A stretch of DNA of 64,000 nt from Escherichia coli (GTDB lineage: Bacteria > Pseudomonadota > Gammaproteobacteria > Enterobacterales > Enterobacteriaceae): assembly GCF_003334305.1 (NCBI RefSeq), contig NZ_QOWS01000012.1; one strand, given 5' to 3'. Below, piece after piece: positions 40,917-52,380 of the stretch; position 1 is the stretch's first letter, and the number at the start of each line of letters is the position of its first letter. The notes under the pieces are model-generated. The model did not search any database. It was not told the DNA's origin and saw only the letters and a list, made by a program, of their open reading frames with translations. The position numbers were made by a program, and so were the translations under genes.

Positions 40917-42329
40917 ATGTCACTCAGTCGGCGTCAGTTCATTCAGGCATCGGGGATTGCACTTTGTGCAGGCGCTGTTCCCCTGAAGGCCAGCGCAGCC
41001 GGGCAACAGCAACCGCTACCCGTTCCGCCGCTACTTGAATCTCGCCGTGGGCAACCGCTGTTTATGACTGTACAACGTGCGCACTGGTCATTTACGCCAG
41101 GGACACGCGCGTCGGTCTGGGGAATCAATGGTCGTTACCTGGGGCCGACTATCCGCGTCTGGAAGGGCGACGATGTTAAGCTTATTTACAGCAACCGCCT
41201 GACAGAAAATGTCTCAATGACGGTGGCCGGGCTACAGGTACCAGGCCCGCTGATGGGCGGTCCGGCACGGATGATGTCGCCAAACGCTGACTGGGCACCC
41301 GTACTGCCCATTCGCCAGAACGCAGCTACTCTGTGGTATCACGCCAATACTCCCAACCGCACGGCTCAGCAGGTCTATAACGGCCTTGCCGGAATGTGGC
41401 TGGTGGAAGATGAAGTCAGCAAGTCGCTGCCTATCCCCAACCATTATGGTGTGGATGATTTTCCGGTCATTATCCAGGATAAACGGCTGGATAACTTTGG
41501 TACGCCAGAATACAACGAACCGGGAAGCGGCGGCTTTGTTGGTGATACGCTGCTGGTTAACGGTGTACAAAGCCCGTACGTTGAAGTCTCGCGTGGCTGG
41601 GTGCGCTTGCGACTGCTGAACGCGTCGAACTCTCGTCGCTATCAACTACAGATGAGCGATGGTCGCCCGTTACATGTGATTTCTGGCGATCAGGGATTCC
41701 TGCCTGCTCCTGTATCGGTGAAGCAACTTTCGCTGGCACCGGGCGAGCGCCGCGAGATTCTGGTGGATATGAGCAACGGCGATGAAGTGTCGATCACCTG
41801 TGGCGAAGCGGCGAGCATTGTTGATCGTATTCGCGGCTTCTTTGAGCCATCCAGTATTCTGGTTTCTACCCTGGTGCTAACGCTGCGCCCAACCGGCCTT
41901 CTGCCGCTGGTCACAGACAGTCTTCCGATGCGCTTGCTGCCAACTGAAATCATGGCTGGTTCGCCAATTCGCAGTCGCGATATCAGTCTGGGTGATGACC
42001 CGGGTATTAATGGACAGCTGTGGGACGTCAACCGTATTGATGTCACCGCGCAGCAAGGAACGTGGGAACGCTGGACGGTACGCGCGGACGAGCCGCAAGC
42101 GTTCCATATTGAAGGCGTAATGTTCCAGATCCGTAACGTGAATGGCGCGATGCCGTTCCCGGAAGACAGAGGCTGGAAAGATACCGTTTGGGTTGACGGA
42201 CAAGTGGAGCTGCTTGTTTATTTCGGTCAGCCTTCCTGGGCGCACTTCCCGTTCTACTTCAACAGTCAGACGCTGGAAATGGCGGACCGTGGCTCGATAG
42301 GGCAACTTTTGGTCAATCCGGTACCGTAA
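40917..42329 (+). CDS. ftsP: Cell division protein FtsP (SufI), a Tat-exported multicopper-oxidase-like protein
   Basis: 470 aa with a twin-arginine signal (MSLSRRQFIQASGIALCAGAVPLKASA). Confidence 0.95.
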   Translation: MSLSRRQFIQASGIALCAGAVPLKASAAGQQQPLPVPPLLESRRGQPLFMTVQRAHWSFTPGTRASVWGINGRYLGPTIRVWKGDDVKLIYSNRLTENVSMTVAGLQVPGPLMGGPARMMSPNADWAPVLPIRQNAATLWYHANTPNRTAQQVYNGLAGMWLVEDEVSKSLPIPNHYGVDDFPVIIQDKRLDNFGTPEYNEPGSGGFVGDTLLVNGVQSPYVEVSRGWVRLRLLNASNSRRYQLQMSDGRPLHVISGDQGFLPAPVSVKQLSLAPGERREILVDMSNGDEVSITCGEAASIVDRIRGFFEPSSILVSTLVLTLRPTGLLPLVTDSLPMRLLPTEIMAGSPIRSRDISLGDDPGINGQLWDVNRIDVTAQQGTWERWTVRADEPQAFHIEGVMFQIRNVNGAMPFPEDRGWKDTVWVDGQVELLVYFGQPSWAHFPFYFNSQTLEMADRGSIGQLLVNPVP

Positions 42330-42333
42330 TCTT

Positions 42334-42370
42334 CATACTCGCCCGAGGAGGGCGAGTATGGAATACCTTT
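42334..42370 (+). terminator. Probable terminator of ftsP
   Basis: An 11-bp stem, catactcgccc / gggcgagtatg, with a 5-nt loop. The T tract is weak. Confidence 0.5.
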
Positions 42371-42439
42371 CGATTTCTCTTTCGTTCCGGCTTATAATCC
42401 CCGGCCTTTGATTATTTTTTTATCATTTCTGGAAGCAAA

Positions 42440-44697
42440 ATGAGCTCTATCTCCCTGATCCAACCGGATCGCGACCTGTTCTCCTGGCCGCAGTACTGGG
42501 CCGCCTGTTTTGGACCGGCACCGTTTTTGCCGATGTCTCGTGAAGAGATGGATCAACTTGGCTGGGATAGCTGCGACATCATTTTGGTTACTGGCGACGC
42601 GTATGTCGATCACCCAAGCTTCGGGATGGCGATTTGCGGTCGTATGCTGGAAGCACAGGGCTTTCGCGTCGGGATCATCGCCCAGCCAGACTGGAGCAGC
42701 AAAGACGATTTCATGCGTCTGGGTAAACCGAATCTGTTTTTCGGTGTTACTGCTGGCAACATGGATTCGATGATCAACCGTTATACCGCCGATCGCCGTT
42801 TACGTCATGACGATGCCTACACGCCGGATAACGTCGCGGGTAAGCGCCCGGATCGCGCCACACTGGTTTATACCCAGCGTTGTAAAGAGGCGTGGAAAGA
42901 TGTACCGGTGATCCTCGGCGGTATTGAGGCTAGTCTGCGCCGTACCGCACATTATGATTACTGGTCCGATACCGTGCGCCGTTCCGTGCTGGTGGATTCG
43001 AAAGCCGACATGCTGATGTTTGGTAACGGTGAGCGTCCGCTGGTGGAGGTGGCGCACCGTCTGGCGATGGGCGAGCCGATTAGTGAAATCCGCGATGTGC
43101 GTAATACCGCGATTATCGTGAAAGAGGCGCTGCCTGGCTGGAGCGGCGTGGATTCCACCCGTCTTGATACCCCTGGAAAAATCGACCCAATCCCGCATCC
43201 GTATGGTGAAGATTTGCCGTGCGCGGATAACAAACCGGTGGCACCGAAAAAGCAGGAAGCCAAAGCCGTAACCGTGCAGCCACCGCGCCCGAAACCGTGG
43301 GAAAAAACCTACGTGTTGCTGCCTTCTTTCGAGAAAGTGAAGGGCGATAAAGTGCTGTACGCCCATGCTTCGCGCATTCTGCACCACGAAACCAACCCAG
43401 GCTGTGCCCGCGCATTCTGCACCACGAAACCAACCCAGGCTGTGCCCGCGCATTGATGCAAAAACACGGTGACCGCTATGTGTGGATCAACCCGCCTGCT
43501 ATCCCGCTTTCTACCGAAGAGATGGACAGCGTTTTTGCGCTGCCGTACAAGCGCGTGCCACATCCGGCCTATGGCAATGCCCGTATTCCGGCTTACGAAA
43601 TGATCCGTTTTTCGGTCAACATTATGCGCGGCTGCTTTGGCGGCTGTTCTTTCTGTTCTATTACCGAGCACGAAGGGCGCATTATTCAGAGCCGTTCGGA
43701 AGATTCGATCATTAATGAGATCGAAGCGATCCGCGACACCGTTCCAGGTTTTACGGGCGTGATTTCCGATCTCGGTGGGCCAACTGCCAACATGTATATG
43801 TTGCGCTGCAAATCGCCACGCGCTGAACAAACTTGTCGCCGTTTGTCGTGCGTTTATCCGGATATTTGTCCGCACATGGACACTAACCACGAACCGACGA
43901 TCAACCTCTATCGCCGTGCGCGTGATCTGAAAGGCATTAAAAAAATCCTCATCGCCTCAGGCGTACGTTATGACATCGCCGTGGAAGATCCGCGCTATAT
44001 CAAAGAGTTGGCGACCCATCACGTCGGCGGTTATCTGAAGATTGCCCCGGAACATACCGAAGAAGGGCCGTTATCGAAGATGATGAAGCCGGGCATGGGC
44101 AGCTATGACCGCTTTAAAGAGCTGTTCGATACTTACTCAAAACAGGCAGGTAAAGAGCAGTATCTGATCCCCTATTTCATCTCCGCGCACCCCGGTACGC
44201 GTGATGAAGATATGGTGAATCTGGCGCTGTGGCTGAAAAAGCATCGTTTCCGTCTCGACCAGGTACAGAACTTCTACCCATCGCCGCTGGCGAACTCAAC
44301 CACCATGTATTACACCGGGAAAAACCCGCTGGCGAAGATTGGTTATAAGAGCGAAGACGTCTTCGTACCGAAGGGCGACAAACAGCGTCGTTTGCATAAA
44401 GCGTTGTTGCGTTACCACGATCCGGCAAACTGGCCGTTAATCCGCCAGGCGCTGGAAGCGATGGGCAAAAAGCATCTGATTGGCAGCCGTCGCGATTGCT
44501 TAGTGCCTGCGCCAACCATTGAAGAGATGCGTGAAGCTCGTCGCCAGAACCGCAATACCCGTCCGGCGTTGACGAAACATACGCCGATGGCGACCCAGCG
44601 TCAGACGCCTGCTACGGCAAAAAAAGCGTCGTCTACGCAATCTCGTCCGGTGAATGCTGGTGCGAAGAAACGCCCTAAAGCGGCGGTTGGACGTTAA
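42440..44697 (+). pseudogene. ygiQ: Radical SAM protein YgiQ (UPF0313), split into 338-aa and 414-aa ORFs by a 38-bp tandem duplication
   Basis: The CFGGCSFC radical-SAM cluster motif lies in the second ORF. Removing one 38-bp copy gives a 2220-nt ORF (739 aa) reading ...[18 protein letters not shown]... Confidence 0.85.
43371..43446. repeat. Exact 2 x 38-bp tandem duplication inside ygiQ
   Basis: cgcgcattctgcaccacgaaaccaacccaggctgtgcc occurs at 43371-43408 and again at 43409-43446. The next 8 nt (cgcgcatt) repeat the unit start. Confidence 0.97.
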
Positions 44698-44702
44698 AAA
44701 AA

Positions 44703-44738
44703 ATCCCCGGCAACTGACATGCTGCCGGGGATTTTTTT
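44703..44738. terminator. Bidirectional Rho-independent terminator (ygiQ / yqhH)
   Basis: Stem atccccggca / tgccggggat, flanked by an A run on one side and a T run on the other. Confidence 0.8.
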
Positions 44739-44739
44739 A

Positions 44740-44997
44740 TCATTCTGCGTACATACGCAAGCAGCGCAGGCAATCAAAATAGTCCTGAGCATCAAGACGC
44801 GTATTGGCTCTGTTAGCTTCGGATTTGGCAGCATAGATTTGTGGGCGTAGTGCTTTCATATCCTGCTCAAGCCGGGCGATTTTGGCATTTAATGTTTGCA
44901 CATTGCTCGCCAGCTGATTGACCTTTTGCTCATTGACGCAGCCACTGAGCAAGCAGGTTGCCAGAACAACAGCTCCCACGGTGAAAATCGTTTTCAT
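44740..44997 (-). CDS. yqhH: Lpp-like small outer membrane lipoprotein
   Basis: 85 aa with a lipobox (LLSGC) and a coiled-coil similar to Lpp. Confidence 0.85.
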
Positions 44998-45047
44998 ATA
45001 GTGTTCCCTTTTATTTATTGTTCCGGCTAATTGTTATTTAATTCAGC

Positions 45048-45974
45048 TCATTGCTTTAATCTGGCGGCGGTTTTTGCCTCAATCTGCTTAAGTAGGCTGC
45101 CGCTGTTCGGGCGGATAAAATCAGCGATTTCCCACTTGCCTTCGCGCCGCTGTAAAACCAGTTCTTGCTCTTCGTTGTTGCCATTGGTCAGCGTAAAACG
45201 AACATGAATGCGGGCGGAATCGGCGGTTTTCTCCAGGACTCGAATTTCATCAACGCGTGAAAATAGCGACTCTTCGCCAAAACAGATCGGATTGTCGTAA
45301 ATAAATTGCCGTTCTATTTGCATATCTTCATCGGGATTATTGGCCGTCTTGAAGGTGGTTTTATAGAAGGCATTAACCGCCTGGCGGTAAGAGTCGGAAA
45401 CCACCCACGTCCACGGCCAGCTATAATCAGCAATATGTTCAAAGAGTTCGGCAACAAAGGCTTCCGGCTGTTCTTTTTGCAACGAAGCTAAAGCGGCCAG
45501 CGTTTTTTCATTCTCGCTATTAACTGCTTGTAAGACGCTGCCATGATTGCTGACAATATCGTCAATGACCCAACGACCATTTTCCGCCACCATTTTCAGT
45601 GTCTGCGTGGTCTTTTCTTTATCATCTTTAAAGATACGAAAGCGCACAACGGCATCGGCATGATCGGCGTCAGTTTGGGTTATCGCAACGCTTTCTAGCA
45701 CCAGATCGCCAAAATCCTGACAATCACAAACCGGATCATAATCCAGCCAGCCAATATTGCCCGGCAGCGTAAGATTGTCGTTCAGGGTAAGCGCCTGTTG
45801 AATACGCGCAGAAGTTATCGCCCGCTCTCCGGTTTCACCAAAATAAGGGGCAGTGGCATCTGATTTATAGTTCTGATAAATATGCCGGACTGTTTGTTCT
45901 ACGGTCAGTGAGGGGGGCTGTGCGTGTACGGTAAAACTTGCCAGGGCTGCTAAAAACAGAAGTATTATTTTCAT
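45048..45974 (-). CDS. yqhG: DUF3828 periplasmic protein
   Basis: 308 aa with a signal peptide (..FTVHA/QPP). Position upstream of yqhH matches E. coli. Confidence 0.8.
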   Translation of the reverse strand: MKIILLFLAALASFTVHAQPPSLTVEQTVRHIYQNYKSDATAPYFGETGERAITSARIQQALTLNDNLTLPGNIGWLDYDPVCDCQDFGDLVLESVAITQTDADHADAVVRFRIFKDDKEKTTQTLKMVAENGRWVIDDIVSNHGSVLQAVNSENEKTLAALASLQKEQPEAFVAELFEHIADYSWPWTWVVSDSYRQAVNAFYKTTFKTANNPDEDMQIERQFIYDNPICFGEESLFSRVDEIRVLEKTADSARIHVRFTLTNGNNEEQELVLQRREGKWEIADFIRPNSGSLLKQIEAKTAARLKQ

Positions 45975-46173
45975 CTGTTTTTCACCTCTCCGTTGCGTTT
46001 ATCCCGGATATAGATGAGTTGTTCTTTTAAGAGCTTCCGGCTCTGCATGATGATGTCCTTATATTTGGCATTCCTGAACAAGGAAGAGTAACAACGGGCG
46101 GGACGCGAGGGGAATAAATGATTTCTGAAAAGTCCGGTAGCGGAACATTACCGCCACCGGGAGAATTTGCATG

Positions 46174-47001
46174 TTAGCCGCCGAACTGGTCAGGATCGGG
46201 ACCGAGACGCTTGCCCTGATCGAGTTTTGCAATTTCGCCGAGTTCGTCTTTGTCGAGACGGAAATCCCAGACATCAAAGTTTTCGGCAATACGTGAAGGT
46301 GTGACCGATTTCGGGATCACCACCAGGCCGCTATCCAGATGCCAGCGGATAACAATCTGCGCCGGGGTTTTGCCGTATTTATCTGCCAGATCGCGAATGA
46401 CTTTCTGATCGAAAACGCCTTTCCCTCCTTGCGCTAATGGGCTCCAGGATTCGGTCTGGATTTTGTGTGTCGCGTTCCAGGCGTGTAGCTGGCGTTGTTG
46501 CATCAGCGGATGAAGTTCGATCTGGTTTATCACAGGCGTCACGCCAGTTTCATCAATCAGGCGTTGCAGGTGATGGATCTGGAAGTTGCACACGCCGATG
46601 CTTTTGATTAATCCCTCTTTTTGCAATTCGATCATGCCTTTCCATGCTTCGACATAATGGTCGATAGCGGGAACGGGCCAGTGCATTAAGTAGAGGTCGA
46701 TATAATCAAGCTGGAGTTTTTTCAGGCTGTCGAGCAGGGCTTCGCGGGGGCGCTTGTGGTCGTCGTTCCACAGCTTAGTGGTGATGAACAGTTCTTCTCT
46801 GTTGACTGAGGCATTTTTCAGGGCTTTGCCGACACCTTCTTCGTTCTTGTAGGCCGCGGCGGTATCAATCGAGCGATAACCCACTTCTAACGCTTTTTGA
46901 ATGGCGGTGATTACTTCCTCATTACTTGCTTGCCAGACGCCCAGTCCCAACTGGGGCATGACATTGCCATCCTGTAGCTTAATAACGGTTGGATTAGCCA
47001 T
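46174..47001 (-). CDS. dkgA: 2,5-diketo-D-gluconate reductase A / methylglyoxal reductase (aldo-keto reductase)
   Basis: 275 aa AKR family protein. It lies downstream of yqhD. Confidence 0.93.
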   Translation of the reverse strand: MANPTVIKLQDGNVMPQLGLGVWQASNEEVITAIQKALEVGYRSIDTAAAYKNEEGVGKALKNASVNREELFITTKLWNDDHKRPREALLDSLKKLQLDYIDLYLMHWPVPAIDHYVEAWKGMIELQKEGLIKSIGVCNFQIHHLQRLIDETGVTPVINQIELHPLMQQRQLHAWNATHKIQTESWSPLAQGGKGVFDQKVIRDLADKYGKTPAQIVIRWHLDSGLVVIPKSVTPSRIAENFDVWDFRLDKDELGEIAKLDQGKRLGPDPDQFGG

Positions 47002-47105
47002 ACGTTCCTCCTTTATATGAACTCACCGGAGCAGGCTCCGGTGAGGTGTTGTGAACTTAAGTCTGGACGAAATGCCCGAAAACGAAAGTTTGAGGCGTAA
47101 AAAGC

Positions 47106-48269
47106 TTAGCGGGCGGCTTCGTATATACGGCGGCTGACATCCAGCGTAATGTCATGATTTTCGCCCAGTTGGGTCATGCCGTGCTCTTCCAGTTTTTTCA
47201 GCAAAGCCGGGATGGAGCTGCCGTCCAGACCGTAGTCGGAGAGGTGGGTCGGCACGCCTAATTGCTCAAAGAAATTGCGGGTTGCGGCAATCGCGGCGTC
47301 AATACGCTCATCGTCGGAACCTTCAGTGATGTTCCAGACGCGTTCAGCATATTGCAGCAGCTTAGCGCGCTTGGTCTCGCGTTTTTCATTCCACAGTGCA
47401 GGCAGGACGATAGCCAGTGTTTGCGCGTGATCCAGACCGTGCATCGCAGTCAGTTCGTGGCCCAGCATATGCGTTGCCCAGTCCTGCGGTACGCCAGCGC
47501 CAATCAAACCGTTCAGCGCCTGAGTCGCCGCCCACATGACGTTGGCGCGCACATCGTAGTTTTCTGGCTCTTTCAGGGCTTTCGGACCATCTTCGATTAG
47601 CGTCAGCAAAATGCCTTCTGCGAAACGGTCCTGAATTTTGGCATCAACCGGTTTGGTAACATACTGTTCCACGGTGTGTACAAAGGCGTCCACTACGCCG
47701 TTAGCCACCTGACGCGGCGGCAGGGTGTAGGTATAAACCGGATCGAGCACGGCAAATACCGGCTGAACATGGGCAGAATGGAACGCCTGCTTGTCGCCTG
47801 TGGTTTTACGGGAGATCACCGCGCCTGCGTTGGATTCTGAACCGGTTGCTGGCAGCGTCAGCACACAGCCCATCGGGATGGCGCTTTTAATCTCTTTACC
47901 GCCCGTTTGCAGAATGTGCCACGGATCGATATTTTCCGGATAGTTAGCCGCTGCGGCGATAAATTTGGTGCCGTCCAGTACAGAACCGCCGCCAACCGCC
48001 AGCAGGAAAGTCACTTTCTGTTCGCGAACCAGTTTCACGGCGTTCATCAGCGTTTCATAAGCCGGGTTTGGCTCAATACCGCCAAATTCCAGCACGTCCA
48101 TGCCTTTCAGGGCATCCAGAACTTGATCGAGAACGCCGGTTTTTTTCACGCTGCCGCCACCGTAGGTAATCAATACGCGAGCATCGTGAGGAATTTGTTC
48201 GCGTAAACCAGCGATTGCGCCTTTACCAAACAGAATGCGGGTTGGGGTGTGCAGATTAAAGTTGTTCAT
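47106..48269 (-). CDS. yqhD: NADPH-dependent aldehyde reductase (iron-type alcohol dehydrogenase)
   Basis: 387 aa from [22 protein letters not shown]... The 8-codon upstream extension of the ORF is not used. Confidence 0.93.
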   Translation of the reverse strand: MNNFNLHTPTRILFGKGAIAGLREQIPHDARVLITYGGGSVKKTGVLDQVLDALKGMDVLEFGGIEPNPAYETLMNAVKLVREQKVTFLLAVGGGSVLDGTKFIAAAANYPENIDPWHILQTGGKEIKSAIPMGCVLTLPATGSESNAGAVISRKTTGDKQAFHSAHVQPVFAVLDPVYTYTLPPRQVANGVVDAFVHTVEQYVTKPVDAKIQDRFAEGILLTLIEDGPKALKEPENYDVRANVMWAATQALNGLIGAGVPQDWATHMLGHELTAMHGLDHAQTLAIVLPALWNEKRETKRAKLLQYAERVWNITEGSDDERIDAAIAATRNFFEQLGVPTHLSDYGLDGSSIPALLKKLEEHGMTQLGENHDITLDVSRRIYEAAR

Positions 48270-48405
48270 TACTTGCTCCCTTTGCTGGGCCAATATGAGG
48301 GCAGAGAACGATCTGCCTGATGTTTTTCATTGTGATCGCCAGCGCCCTGGCTCTCAATGCTCATTTCTGCCAATGTCTTGCCTATTTCTCCAGAGTGCTG
48401 GAGAA

Positions 48406-49362
48406 ATGCTACAAAATTGCGCACAATCAAATTGCCGCATTATTCCTAAGAAATTACGCGATATGAAACGTGAAGAGATTTGCCGCTTGCTGGCGGATAA
48501 AGTTAATAAACTGAAAAATAAAGAAAATAGTTTGTCAGAACTGTTGCCCGATGTGCGTTTGTTGTATGGCGAGACGCCTTTCGCACGTACACCGGTGATG
48601 TACGAGCCTGGCATCATAATTCTCTTTTCCGGGCATAAAATCGGTTATATCAATGAACGCGTGTTTCGTTATGATGCCAATGAATACCTGCTGCTGACGG
48701 TGCCGTTGCCGTTTGAGTGCGAAACCTATGCCACGTCAGAGGTGCCGCTGGCAGGGTTGCGTCTCAATGTCGATATTTTGCAGTTACAGGAACTGTTGAT
48801 GGACATTGGCGAAGATGAGCATTTCCAGCCGTCGATGGCAGCCAGCGGGATTAACTCCGCCACGTTATCAGAAGAGATTTTATGCGCGGCGGAGCGGTTA
48901 CTCGACGTGATGGAGCGACCACTGGATGCGCGTATTCTCGGCAAACAGATCATCCGCGAAATTCTGTACTACGTGCTGACCGGACCTTGCGGCGGCGCGT
49001 TACTGGCGCTGGTCAGTCGCCAGACTCACTTCAGTCTGATTAGCCGCGTGCTGAAACGGATTGAGAATAAATACACCGAAAACCTGAGCGTCGAGCAACT
49101 GGCGGCAGAAGCCAACATGAGCGTATCGGCGTTCCACCATAATTTTAAGTCTGTCACCAGCACCTCGCCGTTGCAGTATTTGAAGAATTACCGTCTGCAT
49201 AAGGCGCGGATGATGATCATCCATGACGGCATGAAGGCCAGCGCAGCAGCGATGCGCGTCGGCTATGAAAGCGCATCGCAATTTAGCCGTGAGTTTAAAC
49301 GTTACTTCGGTGTGACGCCGGGGGAAGATGCGGCAAGAATGCGGGCGATGCAGGGGAATTAA
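48406..49362 (+). CDS. yqhC: AraC-family activator of yqhD-dkgA
   Basis: 318 aa from [10 protein letters not shown]... with a C-terminal AraC HTH pair. The longer ORF start at 48235 would overlap yqhD and is rejected. Confidence 0.85.
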   Translation: MLQNCAQSNCRIIPKKLRDMKREEICRLLADKVNKLKNKENSLSELLPDVRLLYGETPFARTPVMYEPGIIILFSGHKIGYINERVFRYDANEYLLLTVPLPFECETYATSEVPLAGLRLNVDILQLQELLMDIGEDEHFQPSMAASGINSATLSEEILCAAERLLDVMERPLDARILGKQIIREILYYVLTGPCGGALLALVSRQTHFSLISRVLKRIENKYTENLSVEQLAAEANMSVSAFHHNFKSVTSTSPLQYLKNYRLHKARMMIIHDGMKASAAAMRVGYESASQFSREFKRYFGVTPGEDAARMRAMQGN

Positions 49363-49401
49363 ATACGTTCCCGGTACAGCAGCCGGGAACGGGGAAAATC
49401 G

Positions 49402-50061
49402 TCAGGCGTTACAGTATTTTTTTTTAATCACCACAAACAGCGTGCCTAACAAGCCAGCGGTTAACAAGGCAATTGGCAGGATCATCAGGAACGTCATTAC
49501 CTGATCTTCATGGCGTTTAACGAACGGAATCATACTTAAGGCATAGCCAAAACTGATTACCACGCTGACCCACAGCAATCCACTTAACCAGTTGAAAAAC
49601 TGGAAGCGGCGGTTTGGCAGACCGGAAATTCCCGCCATGGTTGGCAGCAGCGTACGGACAAATGCAAGAAAACGTCCAGCCAGCAGCGCCAGCAGACCGT
49701 GGCGGTCAAACATGCAGGTGGCGCGCTGGTGATATTTAGCAGGAAGCTGTGCCAGCCAGCCTTTCACCGTTTTGGTATTCCCTAACCAGCGCCCCTGAAT
49801 ATAACTTAGCCAGCAGCCCAGACTTGCTGCGGCGGTCAGAATCGCAATCGTAGGCAGAAAATCCATAACCCCTTGGGCAATCAATGCGCCTGCCAGTATC
49901 AACAAGCTGTCGCCTGGCAAAAATGAGGCGGGCAGCAGGCCGTTTTCTAAAAACAGCGTGGCAAACATGACAAAGTAAACAACGCTAACAATATGAGGAT
50001 CCGCCAGCGCGGCAAAGTCGTGTTGCCAGAGCGCAGCGATGATATCTTGAATAACAGCCAT
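49402..50061 (-). CDS. yghB: DedA-family inner membrane protein
   Basis: 219 aa multi-TM protein of the DedA/SNARE-associated family. Confidence 0.9.
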   Translation of the reverse strand: MAVIQDIIAALWQHDFAALADPHIVSVVYFVMFATLFLENGLLPASFLPGDSLLILAGALIAQGVMDFLPTIAILTAAASLGCWLSYIQGRWLGNTKTVKGWLAQLPAKYHQRATCMFDRHGLLALLAGRFLAFVRTLLPTMAGISGLPNRRFQFFNWLSGLLWVSVVISFGYALSMIPFVKRHEDQVMTFLMILPIALLTAGLLGTLFVVIKKKYCNA

Positions 50062-50200
50062 GGACTTTCCTGTGGAACAGCGTTTAAGCCTTTATCTGCC
50101 TATTGTACTCCTGATTCGTCCGGGACGCCTTGATCCCGGACGCAACAATTTAAGACTTTTCACAATTAAATGTCTGCAAAATTGTCCAAAAGTGGCAATG

Positions 50201-51388
50201 TTATACAATTCGCGCAAAACCGGCGTCCAGATCGGCAATCAGATCGTCGACATCTTCCAGACCAATATGCAGGCGAATCAAGGTCCCGCTAAAATCGATC
50301 TCGCCTTGGGGGCGAATGGCGGCGATATGTTCTGGTTGATTCGCCAGGATCAACGATTCATACCCGCCCCACGAGTAGGCCATGCTGAATAAACTGAAGT
50401 TATCCAGATAGTTCGCCAGCTCTTCATTATTGAGTTTTTTCTTAAGCACAAAGGAAAATAGCCCGCTGCTGCCTGTAAAGTCTCGTTTCCAGAATTCGTG
50501 GCCTTTACTGCCAGGCAGAGCAGGGTGGTTAACTCGCGCAACTTGCGGATGTTCTGCCAGCCATTCAGCCACTTTCAGACTGCTTTCATGATGTTGACGC
50601 AAACGCACACCTAATGTGCGCAGGCCACGGCTGGTTATATAGGCGGTATCGGCATCGACCATCTGGCCCATCAGATAGGCGTTTTCCCGTAGCTGCTCCC
50701 AGCAACGGGCATTGCACACGGCAGTGCCAATCATCGCATCTGAATGCCCAACCAGATATTTGGTGGCGGCTTGAATAGAAACATCGATGCCAAAATCCAG
50801 CGCCTTAAACAGCACACCGGCTGCCCAGGTGTTGTCGATCATAATGATGGCATCCGGCACCACACTGCGTACGGCGGCAACAATCGCCGGAACGTCGTGG
50901 ACTTCCATGGTGATGGAGCCTGGCGATTCCAGAAACACGATTTTAGTGTTTGGCTGCAGATGCTTAACGATATCGGCACCAATCAGCGGATCAAACCACG
51001 ATGTCGTTACGCCCAGTTTGCTGAGGATTTTGCTACAGAAATCCTGACTCGGTTCATAGGCGGTGTTGGTCATCAACACATGAACGCCCTGTTCGACAAA
51101 AGCAAGAATGGAATTAGCAACCGCTGCCGCCCCGCAGGGAAATAGCGCGCAGCCTGCGCCACCTTCCAGTTCACACATCGCTTGTTGTAAGGAGAAATGG
51201 GTTAACGTTCCGCGCCGTCCATAGAACAACTCGCCATTGGCGCGATTGCGCGTCGCGTGCTTTTTGGCTTCCACACTGTCAAAGACCAGCGAAGAAGCGC
51301 GCTGAATCACGCTATTTACCGCGCCGAGAGTGTATTTTTTGCTGCGTCCTGCATTCACCAGTTGAGTATCAAGCTTTTTGTCCGCCAT
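50201..51388 (-). CDS. metC: Cystathionine beta-lyase
   Basis: 395 aa from [20 protein letters not shown].. It is a PLP enzyme ([10 protein letters not shown] lysine site). An RBS (aggaa) lies upstream. Confidence 0.95.
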   Translation of the reverse strand: MADKKLDTQLVNAGRSKKYTLGAVNSVIQRASSLVFDSVEAKKHATRNRANGELFYGRRGTLTHFSLQQAMCELEGGAGCALFPCGAAAVANSILAFVEQGVHVLMTNTAYEPSQDFCSKILSKLGVTTSWFDPLIGADIVKHLQPNTKIVFLESPGSITMEVHDVPAIVAAVRSVVPDAIIMIDNTWAAGVLFKALDFGIDVSIQAATKYLVGHSDAMIGTAVCNARCWEQLRENAYLMGQMVDADTAYITSRGLRTLGVRLRQHHESSLKVAEWLAEHPQVARVNHPALPGSKGHEFWKRDFTGSSGLFSFVLKKKLNNEELANYLDNFSLFSMAYSWGGYESLILANQPEHIAAIRPQGEIDFSGTLIRLHIGLEDVDDLIADLDAGFARIV

Positions 51389-51406
51389 CTCGGGATTCCT
51401 GTTTTT

Positions 51407-51422
51407 ATACGTCTGGATGTCT
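51407..51422 (-). promoter_or_regulatory. Two tandem MetJ boxes upstream of metC
   Basis: The minus strand reads AGACATCC AGACGTAT, matching the AGACGTCT met-box consensus at 6/8 and 7/8 positions. The boxes lie 19-34 nt upstream of the metC ATG. Confidence 0.5.
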
Positions 51423-51639
51423 AAACTAGCATGAATATTCGCGGGCGCATCCTGAAGAATTGGCATAAAGCAGAAAATTTTCGCAAATGGCGTGCTGGTG
51501 ACTTTTTTACTGCGTAAACGCAAGGAAAAGAAAGCAAAGGTACGGCAGTATGCAAATAGTAATGAGAACGACTATCAATTCGACGTCGTTTTGATATTAT
51601 TATGCGCAGATTTTGTGACTTGCGTCCTGGAGATACACA

Positions 51640-52374
51640 GTGGGTAATAATTTAATGCAGACGGACCTTTCCGTCTGGGGTATGTATCAGCACGCCGATA
51701 TTGTCGTTAAGTGCGTGATGATTGGGCTTATTTTGGCCTCCGTAGTCACCTGGGCAATCTTCTTCAGTAAGAGCGTAGAGTTCTTTAATCAGAAGCGTCG
51801 CCTTAAGCGCGAGCAGCAACTGCTGGCTGAAGCGCGTTCCTTAAACCAGGCCAACGATATCGCCGCTGATTTTGGTAGCAAAAGCTTAAGCCTGCATTTG
51901 CTCAATGAAGCGCAGAATGAGCTGGAACTGTCAGAAGGCAGCGACGATAACGAAGGTATTAAAGAACGTACCAGCTTCCGTCTGGAGCGTCGGGTCGCCG
52001 CAGTGGGTCGTCAAATGGGCCGCGGTAACGGCTATCTGGCAACCATCGGCGCGATTTCTCCGTTCGTTGGTCTGTTTGGTACGGTCTGGGGCATCATGAA
52101 CAGCTTTATTGGTATCGCGCAAACGCAGACCACTAACCTGGCAGTCGTTGCGCCGGGTATCGCAGAAGCTCTGTTAGCAACGGCAATCGGCCTCGTGGCA
52201 GCGATTCCTGCGGTCGTTATCTATAACGTATTTGCACGCCAGATTGGCGGCTTTAAAGCGATGCTGGGTGATGTTGCAGCGCAGGTATTGTTGCTGCAAA
52301 GCCGTGACCTGGATCTGGAAGCCAGCGCCGCTGCGCATCCGGTTCGTGTCGCACAAAAATTACGCGCAGGATAA
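51640..52374 (+). CDS. exbB: TonB-system energiser ExbB
   Basis: 244 aa with a GTG start (MGNNLMQTDLSVWGMYQHADIVVK...), MotA/TolQ/ExbB family. Confidence 0.95.
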   Translation: MGNNLMQTDLSVWGMYQHADIVVKCVMIGLILASVVTWAIFFSKSVEFFNQKRRLKREQQLLAEARSLNQANDIAADFGSKSLSLHLLNEAQNELELSEGSDDNEGIKERTSFRLERRVAAVGRQMGRGNGYLATIGAISPFVGLFGTVWGIMNSFIGIAQTQTTNLAVVAPGIAEALLATAIGLVAAIPAVVIYNVFARQIGGFKAMLGDVAAQVLLLQSRDLDLEASAAAHPVRVAQKLRAG

Positions 52375-52380
52375 TATCCG

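Noticed and set aside
46059-46289. A 76-aa minus-strand ORF overlapping the 3' end of dkgA, and a 110-aa plus-strand ORF (50060-50392) overlapping the metC 3' end
   Set aside because: They overlap well-supported genes in another frame or on the other strand. They have no RBS and no recognisable features.
48235-48405. An upstream extension of yqhC that would give a 375-aa protein
   Set aside because: It would overlap the yqhD start region on the opposite strand. The 318-aa form starting at 48406 fits the expected AraC-family protein length.
51553-51625. An AT-rich region upstream of exbB, examined for a Fur box
   Set aside because: Fur control of exbBD is established. However, my best hand alignments to the GATAATGATAATCATTATC consensus were weak (about half the positions), so I cannot place the site with confidence.
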